A model generated the notes under the pieces. It was not told where the DNA came from, ran no database searches, and saw only the letters and a list, made by a program, of their open reading frames with translations. Of a stretch of DNA of 29,716 nt, positions 1 to 10,200 are shown piece by piece. A program made the position numbers and the translations under genes. The DNA is from a virus (lineage: Duplodnaviria; Caudoviricetes). Each line of letters starts with the position of its first letter. The stretch's first letter is position 1. The stretch is taken from the IMG/VR virus record IMGVR_UViG_3300034418_002387, positions 1 through 29,716 of that record, one strand, 5' to 3'.

Positions 1-1257
1 AATATGAACTATGTTATATCTGCTCCTAGAATGTACAAAGGTAGAGTTGAAAGTATTGTTAGTAAAACTATTGGGTTTGCTGATATGATACAATTAACTC
101 ACTTAAAGATACAGCAAGTATTAGCACGTATGGTACCAGACGGTGTATTTGTTGATGTAGACGGTTTAGCTGAGGTTGATCTTGGTAATGGAACAAACTA
201 TAATCCACAGGAAGCACTTAATATGTATTTTCAAACTGGTAGTATAGTTGGTAGATCGTTAACGCAGGATGGTGATCCTAACAGAGCTAGAGTGCCAATT
301 CAAGAATTACAAACATCGTCAGGTATGAGCAAGATACAAGCGCTTATACAAACTTATCAGTATTACTTACAAATGATAAGAGACGTAACTGGACTTAATG
401 AAGCTAGAGATGGTAGTCAACCAGCTAAAGATTCTCTAGTTGGTCTACAGAAATTAGCAGCTGCTGCTTCAAATACAGCTACAAAACATATATTACAGTC
501 TTTAATGTATGTAACTGTAAGAGTGTGTGAGAATATAAGTTTAAGAGCGGCAGATATGTTAAACTTCCCTTTAACTAAAAATGCCTTAATGAATTCTATT
601 AGTAGTTTCAATGTAGATACATTAGAACAAATAGAAAAACTAAACATGCATGAGTTTGGTATATTCTTAGAATTAGAGCCTGATGAAGAGGAAAAGCAAA
701 TGCTAGAGAGAAATATACAAATAGCATTACAAACTGGAGGTATAGATCTTGAAGATGTTATAGATTTGAGAGAAATATCTAATATTAAGTTAGCTAACCA
801 AATGCTTAAAATAAAACGTAAGCAAAAAATAGAAGCTGACAGACAAGCTCAAATGCAGAACATACAAGCTCAAGCTCAAGCAAACGCTGAGGGTGCTGAA
901 AAAGCTGCAATGGCTGAGGTTCAAAAACAACAAGCACTTGCTCAAACAACACTTCAGATCGAACAAGGGAAGTCTCAATTTGAAATGCAAAGAATGCAGA
1001 CCGAAGCTCAAATCAAAAAAGAGCTTATGGCTGAAGAATTTAATTACAATATTCAGTTAGCTAAAGCAAGAGCTGATGCTGAGAAAATGAAAGAAAAAGA
1101 TATAGAAGATCGTAAAGACGAAAGAACTAGAATACAAGCTACACAACAATCAGAGCTTATAGCGCAGCGTAAAAACGATGAATTACCTAAGAATTTTGAG
1201 TCATCAGGTTTTGACTCACTAGGTGGATTTGGATTAGAACAATTCGAGCCTAGATAA
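1..1257 (+). CDS. Portal protein, C-terminal part (runs in from the left edge)
   Basis: Frame is open from base 1. Sequence resembles crAss-like portals (MIRDVTGLNEARDG, FGIFLELEPDEEE, Q/A-rich coiled-coil C-terminus). Lies upstream of scaffold and MCP. Confidence 0.85.
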   Translation, partial: NMNYVISAPRMYKGRVESIVSKTIGFADMIQLTHLKIQQVLARMVPDGVFVDVDGLAEVDLGNGTNYNPQEALNMYFQTGSIVGRSLTQDGDPNRARVPIQELQTSSGMSKIQALIQTYQYYLQMIRDVTGLNEARDGSQPAKDSLVGLQKLAAAASNTATKHILQSLMYVTVRVCENISLRAADMLNFPLTKNALMNSISSFNVDTLEQIEKLNMHEFGIFLELEPDEEEKQMLERNIQIALQTGGIDLEDVIDLREISNIKLANQMLKIKRKQKIEADRQAQMQNIQAQAQANAEGAEKAAMAEVQKQQALAQTTLQIEQGKSQFEMQRMQTEAQIKKELMAEEFNYNIQLAKARADAEKMKEKDIEDRKDERTRIQATQQSELIAQRKNDELPKNFESSGFDSLGGFGLEQFEPR

Positions 1258-1289
1258 ATAAAACTTTATTAATTTTATATTATTATATT

Positions 1290-2492
1290 ATGTCAGAACA
1301 AACAGTAAAACAAGAGGGTGAGTTTAAATTAAAAAAGAAAACCACTCCAAAGAAATTATCAACACCAACGGACAATGTTACTAAGGTTAATATCAAAGAA
1401 CCTCTTATTGAAACAGAGCCAGAAATTACAAAAGTTGTAATTAAAAAAGAAGACAATGCCATTCAAACACAAGCGACAGATGATAGCGATGCTGTTATCA
1501 AAAAACCCGAAGACAGTGCAGACAGCGAGGCAGTGGTTAAAGAAGTACGGAAGCCCGAAGAAACAATAGATTCACCAATACAACTAGTGAATGACGATGA
1601 AGATGAAGAAGAGGCTAAAAAAATAACTACTGAGTACAAAGAGGCTGTAAGAGACGAAAAAGTACTAGGTAAGCCTTTACCTGAAAATATCGAGAAGCTT
1701 GTTACTTTTATGGAGGAAACCGGTGGAGATATAAACGACTATGTTAGATTGAATGCAGATTATTCAAACATAGATAATGATACATTACTTAAAGAGTATT
1801 ACAAACAAACAAAACCTTATTTAGAAGGTGATGATTTAGATCTATTGCTAGAAGATTTTTCTTATGATGAAGATATTGATGAGCAAAGAGATATACGCAA
1901 GAAGAAACTTGCATACAAAGAAGAAGTTGCAAAAGCTAGAAACTTTTTAGAGGAAACTAAGAGTAAATATTACGATGAGATCAAGTTGAGACCAGGCGTA
2001 ACTCAGGACCAACAAAAAGCTATGGACTTTTTTAACAGATATAACGAAGAGCAGAAAGCTGGTAAAGAAAAACACTCGGATTTTATAAAACGTACTAACG
2101 AGCTATTAACTGATGATTTCAAAGGTTTTGATTTCAATGTTGGTGAAAGCAAGTTTAGGTACAGCGTAAAAAATCCACGAAAGGTAGCAGAAGCACAATC
2201 TGACATCTCTAACTTCATTGGGACGTTCCTAAATGAAAAAGGAGAGGTTAAAGATACTAAAGGTTACCACAAAGCTTTATACGCTGCTAGAAACGCTGAT
2301 ACGATAGCACAACATTTTTACGAGCAAGGCAAGGCCGACGCTGTTAGAGATGTTATGGTTAAATCAAAAAACATTTCAACTGAACCTAGAAAAACTAGTA
2401 GTGGTGAAGTGTTTATAAATGGTTTAAAAGTTAAGGCTATTTCTGGTGCTGATTCTTCAAAATTAAAGATAAAAACTAGAAAATTTAACTAA
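1290..2492 (+). CDS. Capsid assembly scaffold-like protein
   Basis: 400 aa with an acidic, disordered N-half and a helical C-half. Sits between portal and MCP. Function inferred from position and composition. Confidence 0.6.
   Translation: MSEQTVKQEGEFKLKKKTTPKKLSTPTDNVTKVNIKEPLIETEPEITKVVIKKEDNAIQTQATDDSDAVIKKPEDSADSEAVVKEVRKPEETIDSPIQLVNDDEDEEEAKKITTEYKEAVRDEKVLGKPLPENIEKLVTFMEETGGDINDYVRLNADYSNIDNDTLLKEYYKQTKPYLEGDDLDLLLEDFSYDEDIDEQRDIRKKKLAYKEEVAKARNFLEETKSKYYDEIKLRPGVTQDQQKAMDFFNRYNEEQKAGKEKHSDFIKRTNELLTDDFKGFDFNVGESKFRYSVKNPRKVAEAQSDISNFIGTFLNEKGEVKDTKGYHKALYAARNADTIAQHFYEQGKADAVRDVMVKSKNISTEPRKTSSGEVFINGLKVKAISGADSSKLKIKTRKFN
1456..1569 (+). CDS. Nested +1-frame small basic protein (37 aa, MPFKHKRQ...QWLKKYGSPKKQ)
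   Basis: ATG 1456 to TAG 1569 after an A-rich leader. Resembles small phage proteins of the MPFKS.AQ...W.K.YG type. Host-frame codons in the overlap are atypical. Confidence 0.55.
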   Translation: MPFKHKRQMIAMLLSKNPKTVQTARQWLKKYGSPKKQ

Positions 2493-2507
2493 CAAAATTA
2501 AACAAAA

Positions 2508-3971
2508 ATGAGTTTAACTCCACAATTTGGTTCATTGAAACCATCTCAAAAACAAGAGATTTTAGATAGCAATTATTTAAAATTTAACGACGGTGCTGCT
2601 GGAACAGACACTTTCGCACAACAATACTTACCAGAGATCTACGAACAAGAAGTAGAGCGTTACGGAAACAGAACTTTATCTGGATTCTTAAGAATGGTAG
2701 GAGCTGAAATGCCAATGACTTCTGATCAGGTAATTTGGTCTGAGCAAAATAGATTACATATTTCTTATGAAGGATGTACTAGTGGTGTATCAGGAACAAC
2801 AAGTACAATTACTATTCCAGTAAATTTAACACCAGCTGATCCTAAAGATTATGTTGCAAACGTTGTATCTCCTGGAGCTACTATCGTTGCTATGGATTCA
2901 ACTGGTTTTGAAATTAAAGCTGTTGTAATTTCATCTAACTTAACAACTGGAGCTTTAGTAGTAAGTCCTTATACTGCTGCAACTATCGCAGGTTTAGCTG
3001 CTACAGGTGTAAAGATATTTGTATTTGGGTCTGAATATGGAAAAGGTTCAACTACTCCTAACTCTACCGTAAGCGCTGGAGCTGCTGATGGGTATGTGTC
3101 TGTAGATCCTTCTTTCACTCAATTCTCTAACTCACCAATCATCATCAGAAACAAATACGTTGTAAACGGATCTGATATGGCTCAAATCGGTTGGGTAGAA
3201 GTTGCTACTGAAGACGGAACATCTGGATATTTATGGTACTTAAAAGCTGAGTCTGAGACTAGACTACGTTTTGAAGATTACTTAGAAATGTCTGTAGTAG
3301 AAGGAGAAAAAGCTACAGGAACTGGAGCTGGATCTGCTGCTAATGCTGGATATAAAGGTACTCAAGGTTTATTTGCTGCTATCGAAGATAGAGGTAATGT
3401 AAACGTAGGATTCACTGCTTCTGCAGGTCTTGATACTTTTGATGACATCTTGAAAAACTTAGATACTCAAGGAGCTATTGAAGAGAACATGTTATTCTTA
3501 CAAAGACAAACGTCTTTAGATTTTGATGATATGTTAGCTGCAATCTCTGGAGGTGCTCAAGGTGGTACTGCTTATGGATTATTCGAAAACTCTGAAGAAA
3601 TGGCATTGAACTTAGGTTTCTCTGGATTCAGAAGAGGTTCTTATGACTTCTATAAGACTGACTGGAAATACTTAAACGATGCTTCTACTCGTGGAGCTAT
3701 GACTGGAACTTCTTCTATCGAAGGTGTATTAGTACCAGCTGGAACTTCTACGGTTTATGATCAAGTATTAGGTACAAACATCAGACGTCCTTTCTTACAC
3801 GTAAGATATAGAGCTTCTCAAGCAAATGACAGAAGAATGAAGCAATGGGTAACTGGTTCTGCCGGTGGAGCTGCTACATCTGATCTAGATGCTATGGAAG
3901 TAAACTTCTTATCTGAAAGATGTTTATGTGTACAAGGTGCTAACAACTTTGTATTATTCAAAGGTGTGTAA
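2508..3971 (+). CDS. Major capsid protein (crAss-like HK97 fold)
   Basis: 487 aa. YLPEIYEQEVERYGNR N-terminal motif and GANNF C-terminal motif typical of crAss-like MCPs. Strongly biased codon use. Confidence 0.85.
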   Translation: MSLTPQFGSLKPSQKQEILDSNYLKFNDGAAGTDTFAQQYLPEIYEQEVERYGNRTLSGFLRMVGAEMPMTSDQVIWSEQNRLHISYEGCTSGVSGTTSTITIPVNLTPADPKDYVANVVSPGATIVAMDSTGFEIKAVVISSNLTTGALVVSPYTAATIAGLAATGVKIFVFGSEYGKGSTTPNSTVSAGAADGYVSVDPSFTQFSNSPIIIRNKYVVNGSDMAQIGWVEVATEDGTSGYLWYLKAESETRLRFEDYLEMSVVEGEKATGTGAGSAANAGYKGTQGLFAAIEDRGNVNVGFTASAGLDTFDDILKNLDTQGAIEENMLFLQRQTSLDFDDMLAAISGGAQGGTAYGLFENSEEMALNLGFSGFRRGSYDFYKTDWKYLNDASTRGAMTGTSSIEGVLVPAGTSTVYDQVLGTNIRRPFLHVRYRASQANDRRMKQWVTGSAGGAATSDLDAMEVNFLSERCLCVQGANNFVLFKGV

Positions 3972-3987
3972 TCACTAAATAACAAAT

Positions 3988-4028
3988 GTAATTCTTACCC
4001 TCGTAATAGCTACGGGGGTAATTATTAC
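3988..4028 (+). terminator. Long stem-loop after MCP (terminator or mRNA stability element)
   Basis: GTAAT-TC-TTACCCTCGTA-atagc-TACGGGGGTAA-TT-ATTAC. U-tract is weak. Confidence 0.6.
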
Positions 4029-4057
4029 TCTTAAAAACTATTTAATTATATTATATT

Positions 4058-4888
4058 ATGGCTGCAAAAAAAGCACCAGCAAAGAAAGTTGAGGTTGCTC
4101 CTCAGCAAGAAGTAGTAGTTAAAGCTGCTACAAAAGTAAAACCAGCTAAACCAAGTTGGGAAATAAAAGATAGAACATATATATTAACTTCTAATAGATC
4201 GCCAATAACATTTACAATACCTAGTAAGCATACTTCTAAACACGCTTTACTATATTTTGATAAAGAAAATGGTGAACAAAAAGAAATAAGATATGCAACA
4301 AACCAATCTTCTCCGTTTGTAAAAGAACAACAAGGAGAAGCTACTTTAGGTCACATTATATTTAAAGACGGCGCGTTGTTTGTTCCAAAAGAAAAACAAA
4401 ATCTTCAAAAAGTATTATCTTTATATCACCCTTTAAAAAACAAGTTATACAAAGAGCTTGATCAGGTTGAAATAGCAGAAGACGAATTAGATATATTAGA
4501 GTTACAAATCGACGCTTTAAACGCTGCGAGAGGTATGGATATAGACCACGCTGAAGCAATATTAAGAGTTGAGTTAGGATCTAAGGTGTCTACGATGAGT
4601 TCTAAGGAGCTAAAAAGAGATTTACTATTGTTTGCTAAGATGAGTCCAGGTTTGTTCCTAGATTTAGCTAATGATGAAAATGTACAATTAAGGAATTTTG
4701 CAATACAAGCTACAGAGGCTAATATTATAAGATTATCAGATGACCAAAGATATTTCACTTGGGCTAGTAATGGTAGAAAACTAATGGAAGTTCCTTTCGA
4801 TGAAAATCCATATTCAGCATTTGCATATTTCTTAAAAACAGATGAAGGTGTTGAAATTTATAAATCTATAGATAAAAAGATTAATTAA
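4058..4888 (+). CDS. Conserved virion-module protein downstream of MCP
   Basis: 276-aa ORF with an A/K/P-rich N-terminal tail. Occupies the conserved post-MCP position of crAss-like phages. Confidence 0.6.
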   Translation: MAAKKAPAKKVEVAPQQEVVVKAATKVKPAKPSWEIKDRTYILTSNRSPITFTIPSKHTSKHALLYFDKENGEQKEIRYATNQSSPFVKEQQGEATLGHIIFKDGALFVPKEKQNLQKVLSLYHPLKNKLYKELDQVEIAEDELDILELQIDALNAARGMDIDHAEAILRVELGSKVSTMSSKELKRDLLLFAKMSPGLFLDLANDENVQLRNFAIQATEANIIRLSDDQRYFTWASNGRKLMEVPFDENPYSAFAYFLKTDEGVEIYKSIDKKIN

Positions 4889-4903
4889 CAGGTAATAATA
4901 TAT

Positions 4904-4925
4904 TGGGGCGGGTAAAACCGCTCCA
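4904..4925 (+). promoter_or_regulatory. GC-rich intergenic hairpin
   Basis: TGGGGCGG-gtaaaa-CCGCTCCA, 8-bp stem with one G-U pair, followed by an AT-rich leader. Confidence 0.55.
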
Positions 4926-4944
4926 TATATTTAAATATAAAATA

Positions 4945-6009
4945 ATGGCAATAAACGTAAACACTGTATATCAAACCGTTTTGTTAATACTAAATAAAGA
5001 GCAGCGTGGTTATATGACGCCTGTAGAGTATAACAGAATAGCTACACAATCTCAACTTGATATATTCGAGCAATACTTCGAAGATTTAAATCAGCAATTA
5101 CGAGTGCCACAAGTCGATCTAGATTACTCAGATAGACAACTAAGCATAGACGAGAAGATATCTCCGTTTAAAACATTTGGAAACTGTACCTATAGCGCTG
5201 GAACATGGCAGTTACCAACCACAGATGCTTACTCAAACACAATACTTTACGATGGTCAAGAGCCTGGCGCTAGCCAAGTCTCTTTCTACAAATTAGGTAC
5301 TGTAACATATAATCCTTCTATTGGATTACCAGTAGAGCTACAGAGATTACCACGTAGTGAATTTTACAATATAGAAAAATCACCACTAACAGCATCAACA
5401 AAAGACTTTCCTACATATTTATACGAGAATAAAAAACTATACGTTAGGCCAACTAGCATAAATCAAGCTGGTAATATAACTGTAGACTTTTTAAGAAAAC
5501 CACTTAACGTAAGGTGGGGTTATTATTCTGGAAGCGTAGGTCAGTATATATACGACCCAACTATTTATAATCCAAGTCTTTTAAACAAAGGAGGGTCTTT
5601 AACTAGCAGTATAACTACACCTTTAGCTAGTGGAACAGCAGGAACCTACACGCCAACTTTTACAGGAGGATCTGGTAATGGTTTAACTTTAAGTGCTGTA
5701 GTTACAAATGCAACTACCGTCTCTGTCAATATAGTATCACCTGGTACTGGGTATGCTATTGGTGATGTTATTACTATAAACAATGGTCAACTTGGTAGCG
5801 GATCTCAAAACCCAGTTATAACTTTAAAAGCATCAGACTTTAACGGTGGTAGTACTTATGGTTCTACAAATTTTGAACTTCAAGAATCAGAACAAACTAG
5901 ACTTATACTTAAAATATTATTGTATGCAGGTATAATAATAAGAGATCCCCAGATAGTGCAAGCAGCCGCTAGCGAAGTACAACAAAACGAAATAAATCAA
6001 AAAAGCTAA
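4945..6009 (+). CDS. Tail ring / head-tail adaptor protein with inserted beta-rich domain
   Basis: More likely start is ATG 4945 (MAINVNTVYQTVLLILNKEQRGY); the track's TTG at 4903 overlaps the hairpin. N-terminus resembles crAss-like ring proteins. Confidence 0.65.
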   Translation: MAINVNTVYQTVLLILNKEQRGYMTPVEYNRIATQSQLDIFEQYFEDLNQQLRVPQVDLDYSDRQLSIDEKISPFKTFGNCTYSAGTWQLPTTDAYSNTILYDGQEPGASQVSFYKLGTVTYNPSIGLPVELQRLPRSEFYNIEKSPLTASTKDFPTYLYENKKLYVRPTSINQAGNITVDFLRKPLNVRWGYYSGSVGQYIYDPTIYNPSLLNKGGSLTSSITTPLASGTAGTYTPTFTGGSGNGLTLSAVVTNATTVSVNIVSPGTGYAIGDVITINNGQLGSGSQNPVITLKASDFNGGSTYGSTNFELQESEQTRLILKILLYAGIIIRDPQIVQAAASEVQQNEINQKS

Positions 6010-6015
6010 TAAGAT

Positions 6016-7242
6016 ATGCCTTTACCAAATGGTGGTTTAATAACCGAAAACAATAGACAATACTACGAAGGCGCACAGAGTTTTACAGGTAATGTAGGTG
6101 GTACAGCTGGGCAAAGCTTTACTACAACTTTTGATACTGACTTAGTATTTTACTCTACTGTAACTACCGACCCACAATACGCTTTAAACAATTTTAAGGT
6201 TTATGTAAGCCCAACCGGTGTTGGTGGTAGTTTTACAGAGGTTACAGCTTACACTGTGTCGAATAACACCGTGACTATAACTGGAGCTATAGCAGCGAGC
6301 GCAACTGTAGTTGTTCAGTTAAAAAGATTAGATGGCGGTGTGTATGGTAATACAGCTTCTGAAAAAGCTTATGGAAATACTACTGAAGATAACTATGGGT
6401 CTTATGGTTATATTAAATTAAATGATGTAATAAACAATTTTATTGTTGCATATGTTGGTAACGGTAAATTGATACCAAGCTGTAAAAGAACAGATATTAT
6501 ATTTCACGCTAAAAGAGCTATGCAAGAGTTTAGCTACGATACATTAAGAAGTATAAATTCTCAAGAATTAACAATACCTAATAACCTTAGTGTTATAATG
6601 CCTCAAGACTATGTAAATTATGTCAGCATGTCCTGGTATGATAGTCAAGGTATTGCTCATAAAATATATCCAACAAAACTAACTACAAATCCATACGAAA
6701 CACCTGTACAAGATAGCGAAGGTCAACCTACTCAAGATGCTAATAGTAATAATATTGAGAGTACTTCAGTTGTAGAGGAAAGATGGAAAACTAATTTCTA
6801 TAAAAATGATTTAAACGCAAACATTGATAATGCTTTTGCAAACGGTGTTTACGGTGCCGGTGCTAATTTTGGTTACGGTGGTGTTTATGGTTTAGATCCT
6901 CAATACGCAAACGCTAATGGTTGGTTCACTATAAATGATAGAGAAGGTAAATTTTCTTTCTCATCAAATCTTGTTGACAAGCTAATAGTGTTAGAATATA
7001 TATCAGACGGTTTATCTTCTAGCTTAGATACTAGAGTTCCTAAGATGGCTGAAGAAGCTATGTATGCTTATATATCACATGCTATAATATCTACTAGAAT
7101 AAATCAACCAGAATATATAGTACAAAGACTTAAGAAAGAAAAGTCTGCAAAACTTAGAAATGCAAAGATAAGATTATCTAACATAAAACTTGATGAGATA
7201 ATTCAAACTATGAGAGGTAAATCTAAATGGTTAAAACATTAA
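6016..7242 (+). CDS. Tail ring / tubular protein
   Basis: 408 aa with MPQDYVNYV and LEYISDG motifs. Directly precedes the muzzle-type gene. Confidence 0.65.
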   Translation: MPLPNGGLITENNRQYYEGAQSFTGNVGGTAGQSFTTTFDTDLVFYSTVTTDPQYALNNFKVYVSPTGVGGSFTEVTAYTVSNNTVTITGAIAASATVVVQLKRLDGGVYGNTASEKAYGNTTEDNYGSYGYIKLNDVINNFIVAYVGNGKLIPSCKRTDIIFHAKRAMQEFSYDTLRSINSQELTIPNNLSVIMPQDYVNYVSMSWYDSQGIAHKIYPTKLTTNPYETPVQDSEGQPTQDANSNNIESTSVVEERWKTNFYKNDLNANIDNAFANGVYGAGANFGYGGVYGLDPQYANANGWFTINDREGKFSFSSNLVDKLIVLEYISDGLSSSLDTRVPKMAEEAMYAYISHAIISTRINQPEYIVQRLKKEKSAKLRNAKIRLSNIKLDEIIQTMRGKSKWLKH

Positions 7243-7248
7243 AATTAA

Positions 7249-10200
7249 ATGGCTGAAGTTAAAAATGCTTTCATAAAATCCAAGATGAATAAAGACTTGG
7301 ATTCTAGACTTATACCTAATGGTGAGTATAGGGATGCTAAGAATATACAAGTTAGTCGATCTCAAGGTGATGACGTTGGTGCTTTAGAAAATATATTTGG
7401 TAACGCTGTAGCTGTTAATGGTGATTTTGCTGCAGACGCTTCAGCTCCTAATATACAATGTATAGGCTATGTTGTTGATGAGTCTAGTAGTTTTGTGTAT
7501 TTATTCTTTACTGATTATACTGATCCATACTTAGTAGAAGGTATTTCTACATACAGTACATCTGCTAAGAATTTTATATACGCTTATAACACGTTAAGCA
7601 ATCAAAGAACAAAACTTGTAGAGGGTTCTTTTTTAAACTTTTCCACAAATAGACCTATAACGGGTATTAATGTTTTAGAGAATCTACTATTTTGGACAGA
7701 CAACAGGAATCAACCAAGAAAAATAAATATACAATCAGCTTTAGACGGTAGTGTTAGTTATAATACTGAAGATAAGATATCTGTTGCTAAATATAATCCT
7801 TATAGTTCTATAAATTTAATTACAGCTAGCTCACAAGCTGGGGCTTTAGTATTAAACACTAATACTAGTAGCGCTATCACAGATACTAATGTTATACCTG
7901 TTAATAGTAATACTAATGTAGTTGTAGGCTTAGGTGTAACCGGTAGTGGTGTATCTATAGGAACTTTTGTTACTGCTATAAATGGATTGAACATAACAGT
8001 AAACCAACCACAAACATTAAGCAATAATGCTGCTATAAGTTTTGTAGGTTTAGAAACTACAATGTACGACGTATCTAGTCCATCTTTGCCGCCTACATCC
8101 ACAGCTAAAACTTCTGCAGCTATTGGGAGTACACCCGTTTTATCTGTAACTATTGCTGGTGTAATCGGAGCAATAACAAATGGAAGTTCTGTAACAGGTA
8201 ATAATATAGTGCCTGGCACCACTGTAGTTAGTTACATAGGCACCACTTTAACCTTCAGCACTGGACAAGCAAATATTCCTATAGGGACTAAGTTAAATTT
8301 TGGAGATGTCAACCCGTATTTTAATTCTAATTTCCCAGGAGACCCTCAATACCTTGAAGACAAATTTGTTAGATTTAGCTATAGATTTAAATTTGCTGAT
8401 GGTGAGTATTCTATAATAGCCCCTTTTACTCAAGCTGCTTTTATACCTAAACAAGACGGGTACTTCTTAATTGGAGACGAAAAACAAACCACGTTAAGTA
8501 CGGTGGTTGACTTTATGGAGAATAAAGTTAATAAAATAGATTTGCAGATACCACTTCCAGTGTCGTCAGATAATTTACTTAGTGATTATTTAATAACTGA
8601 AATAGACATAATATACAAAGAATCTGACTCAACCACTATCCAAGTAGTCGAAACAATAGAAGTTTCTAGTATAGTAGGTAGTTCATCTGTATACGTGTAC
8701 GAGTATGTATCTCAAAAACCTTACAAAACACTTCCGTCAGACGAGATAATAAGAGTGTATGACAAAATACCGGTAAAAGCTCTAGGTCAAGAGGTTGCTA
8801 GTAATAGAGTAATATATAGTAACTTTCAAAACAAACATACTCCACCAAATTTTATAGATTATCAAGTTGGTGCTAATCAAAAATTACCTTTTGATTCTAC
8901 TAGCTCTGCTAAATCAACAGTGGAATATCCAAACCACAATTTAAAACAAAACAGAAATTATCAGGTAGGCGTAGTTTTAGCTGATAAATTTGGTAGACAA
9001 TCTACAGTTATACTATCTAGTAATACTGATAATACATCTAATGGTTTTGGAGCAGACACTATATATTTACCATACTCTTCAGTAAATGATTCTATTGATT
9101 TTTTAGGTAATTCTATAAAAACAAGATTCAACTCTGTCTTGAGCGGTGTTGGTATAGATAAAAACGAAAGCGTTGGAATACCTGGTTTATATAACGGAGA
9201 CACTAGTGATGTTAACTACAACCCTTTAGGTTGGTACTCATATAAGATAGTTGTAAAACAGACAGAACAAGAGTATTACAATGTATACACAACAGGTGTT
9301 ATGAAAGGTTTGCCTTATTATAGCACTACTACAAACCCACAAGTTCCTCTAACCGATACTAGCACTTCATTCATAACATTATTAAATGACAATATAAATA
9401 AAATACCTAGAGACTTAAAAGAGGTTGGAGCTCAAGACAAACAGTTTAGAAGCTCTGTTAGACTATTTGGTAGAGTAGAGAATACTACAATTGCATTTAG
9501 TGACGTAGGTAATAAACAATACTTGCCAGGAAAAAGATCTTTTACTGTTAATCAAATAGAAGATTTGTTTGATGCTTTCGATGTATTACAGTTTGAAGGT
9601 AGTACAGGATCTGTAATTCCAGTATCTGATTCTCATAGTCCTTATTATGCTTTTTTTAGAGCTGAATCAAATCCATTTATAGCTGAATTTGTAACATCTC
9701 AAACAGATACTGATCAGTTTGGTGTTATAAATGTTGAATACAATAATAATGGATCTACACTGTATAGTAGATTTGAAAATCTAAATATTTTTGAAACAAA
9801 ACCAACTGAGTCAAATTTAGATATATACTGGGAAACCTCAACGTCAGGTTTGATATCTGACTTGAATGTAGCTATAAATGAAACAGTACAAGCTTCTTTA
9901 ATATCTAATTGGAGCTACATTCACAATGAAGCAACTAGTGACGACACTACCGTGGTAGACAGTTTTATTTTTCAAGATATAATTGGTACAACATTAACAA
10001 ATATACACAATGTTACAATGTCTGTAACTGATAATTCTGGGGCAGACGTTACTTCAAAATTTAACCTCGTAAATAACGGTAATAATACTTACAGCGTAAA
10101 AACAGCTGTAGGTAAATTCTTCTATTACGATACAGTAGCATCTAAAAACGCTTTTGACTTTGTATTCAATGTCACATTGGTTAGCGGTGGTGCTGTTAGT

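Noticed and set aside
4903-4944. TTG start and N-terminal extension of the ring gene
   Set aside because: Overlaps a GC hairpin. ATG 4945 has a normal A-rich leader.
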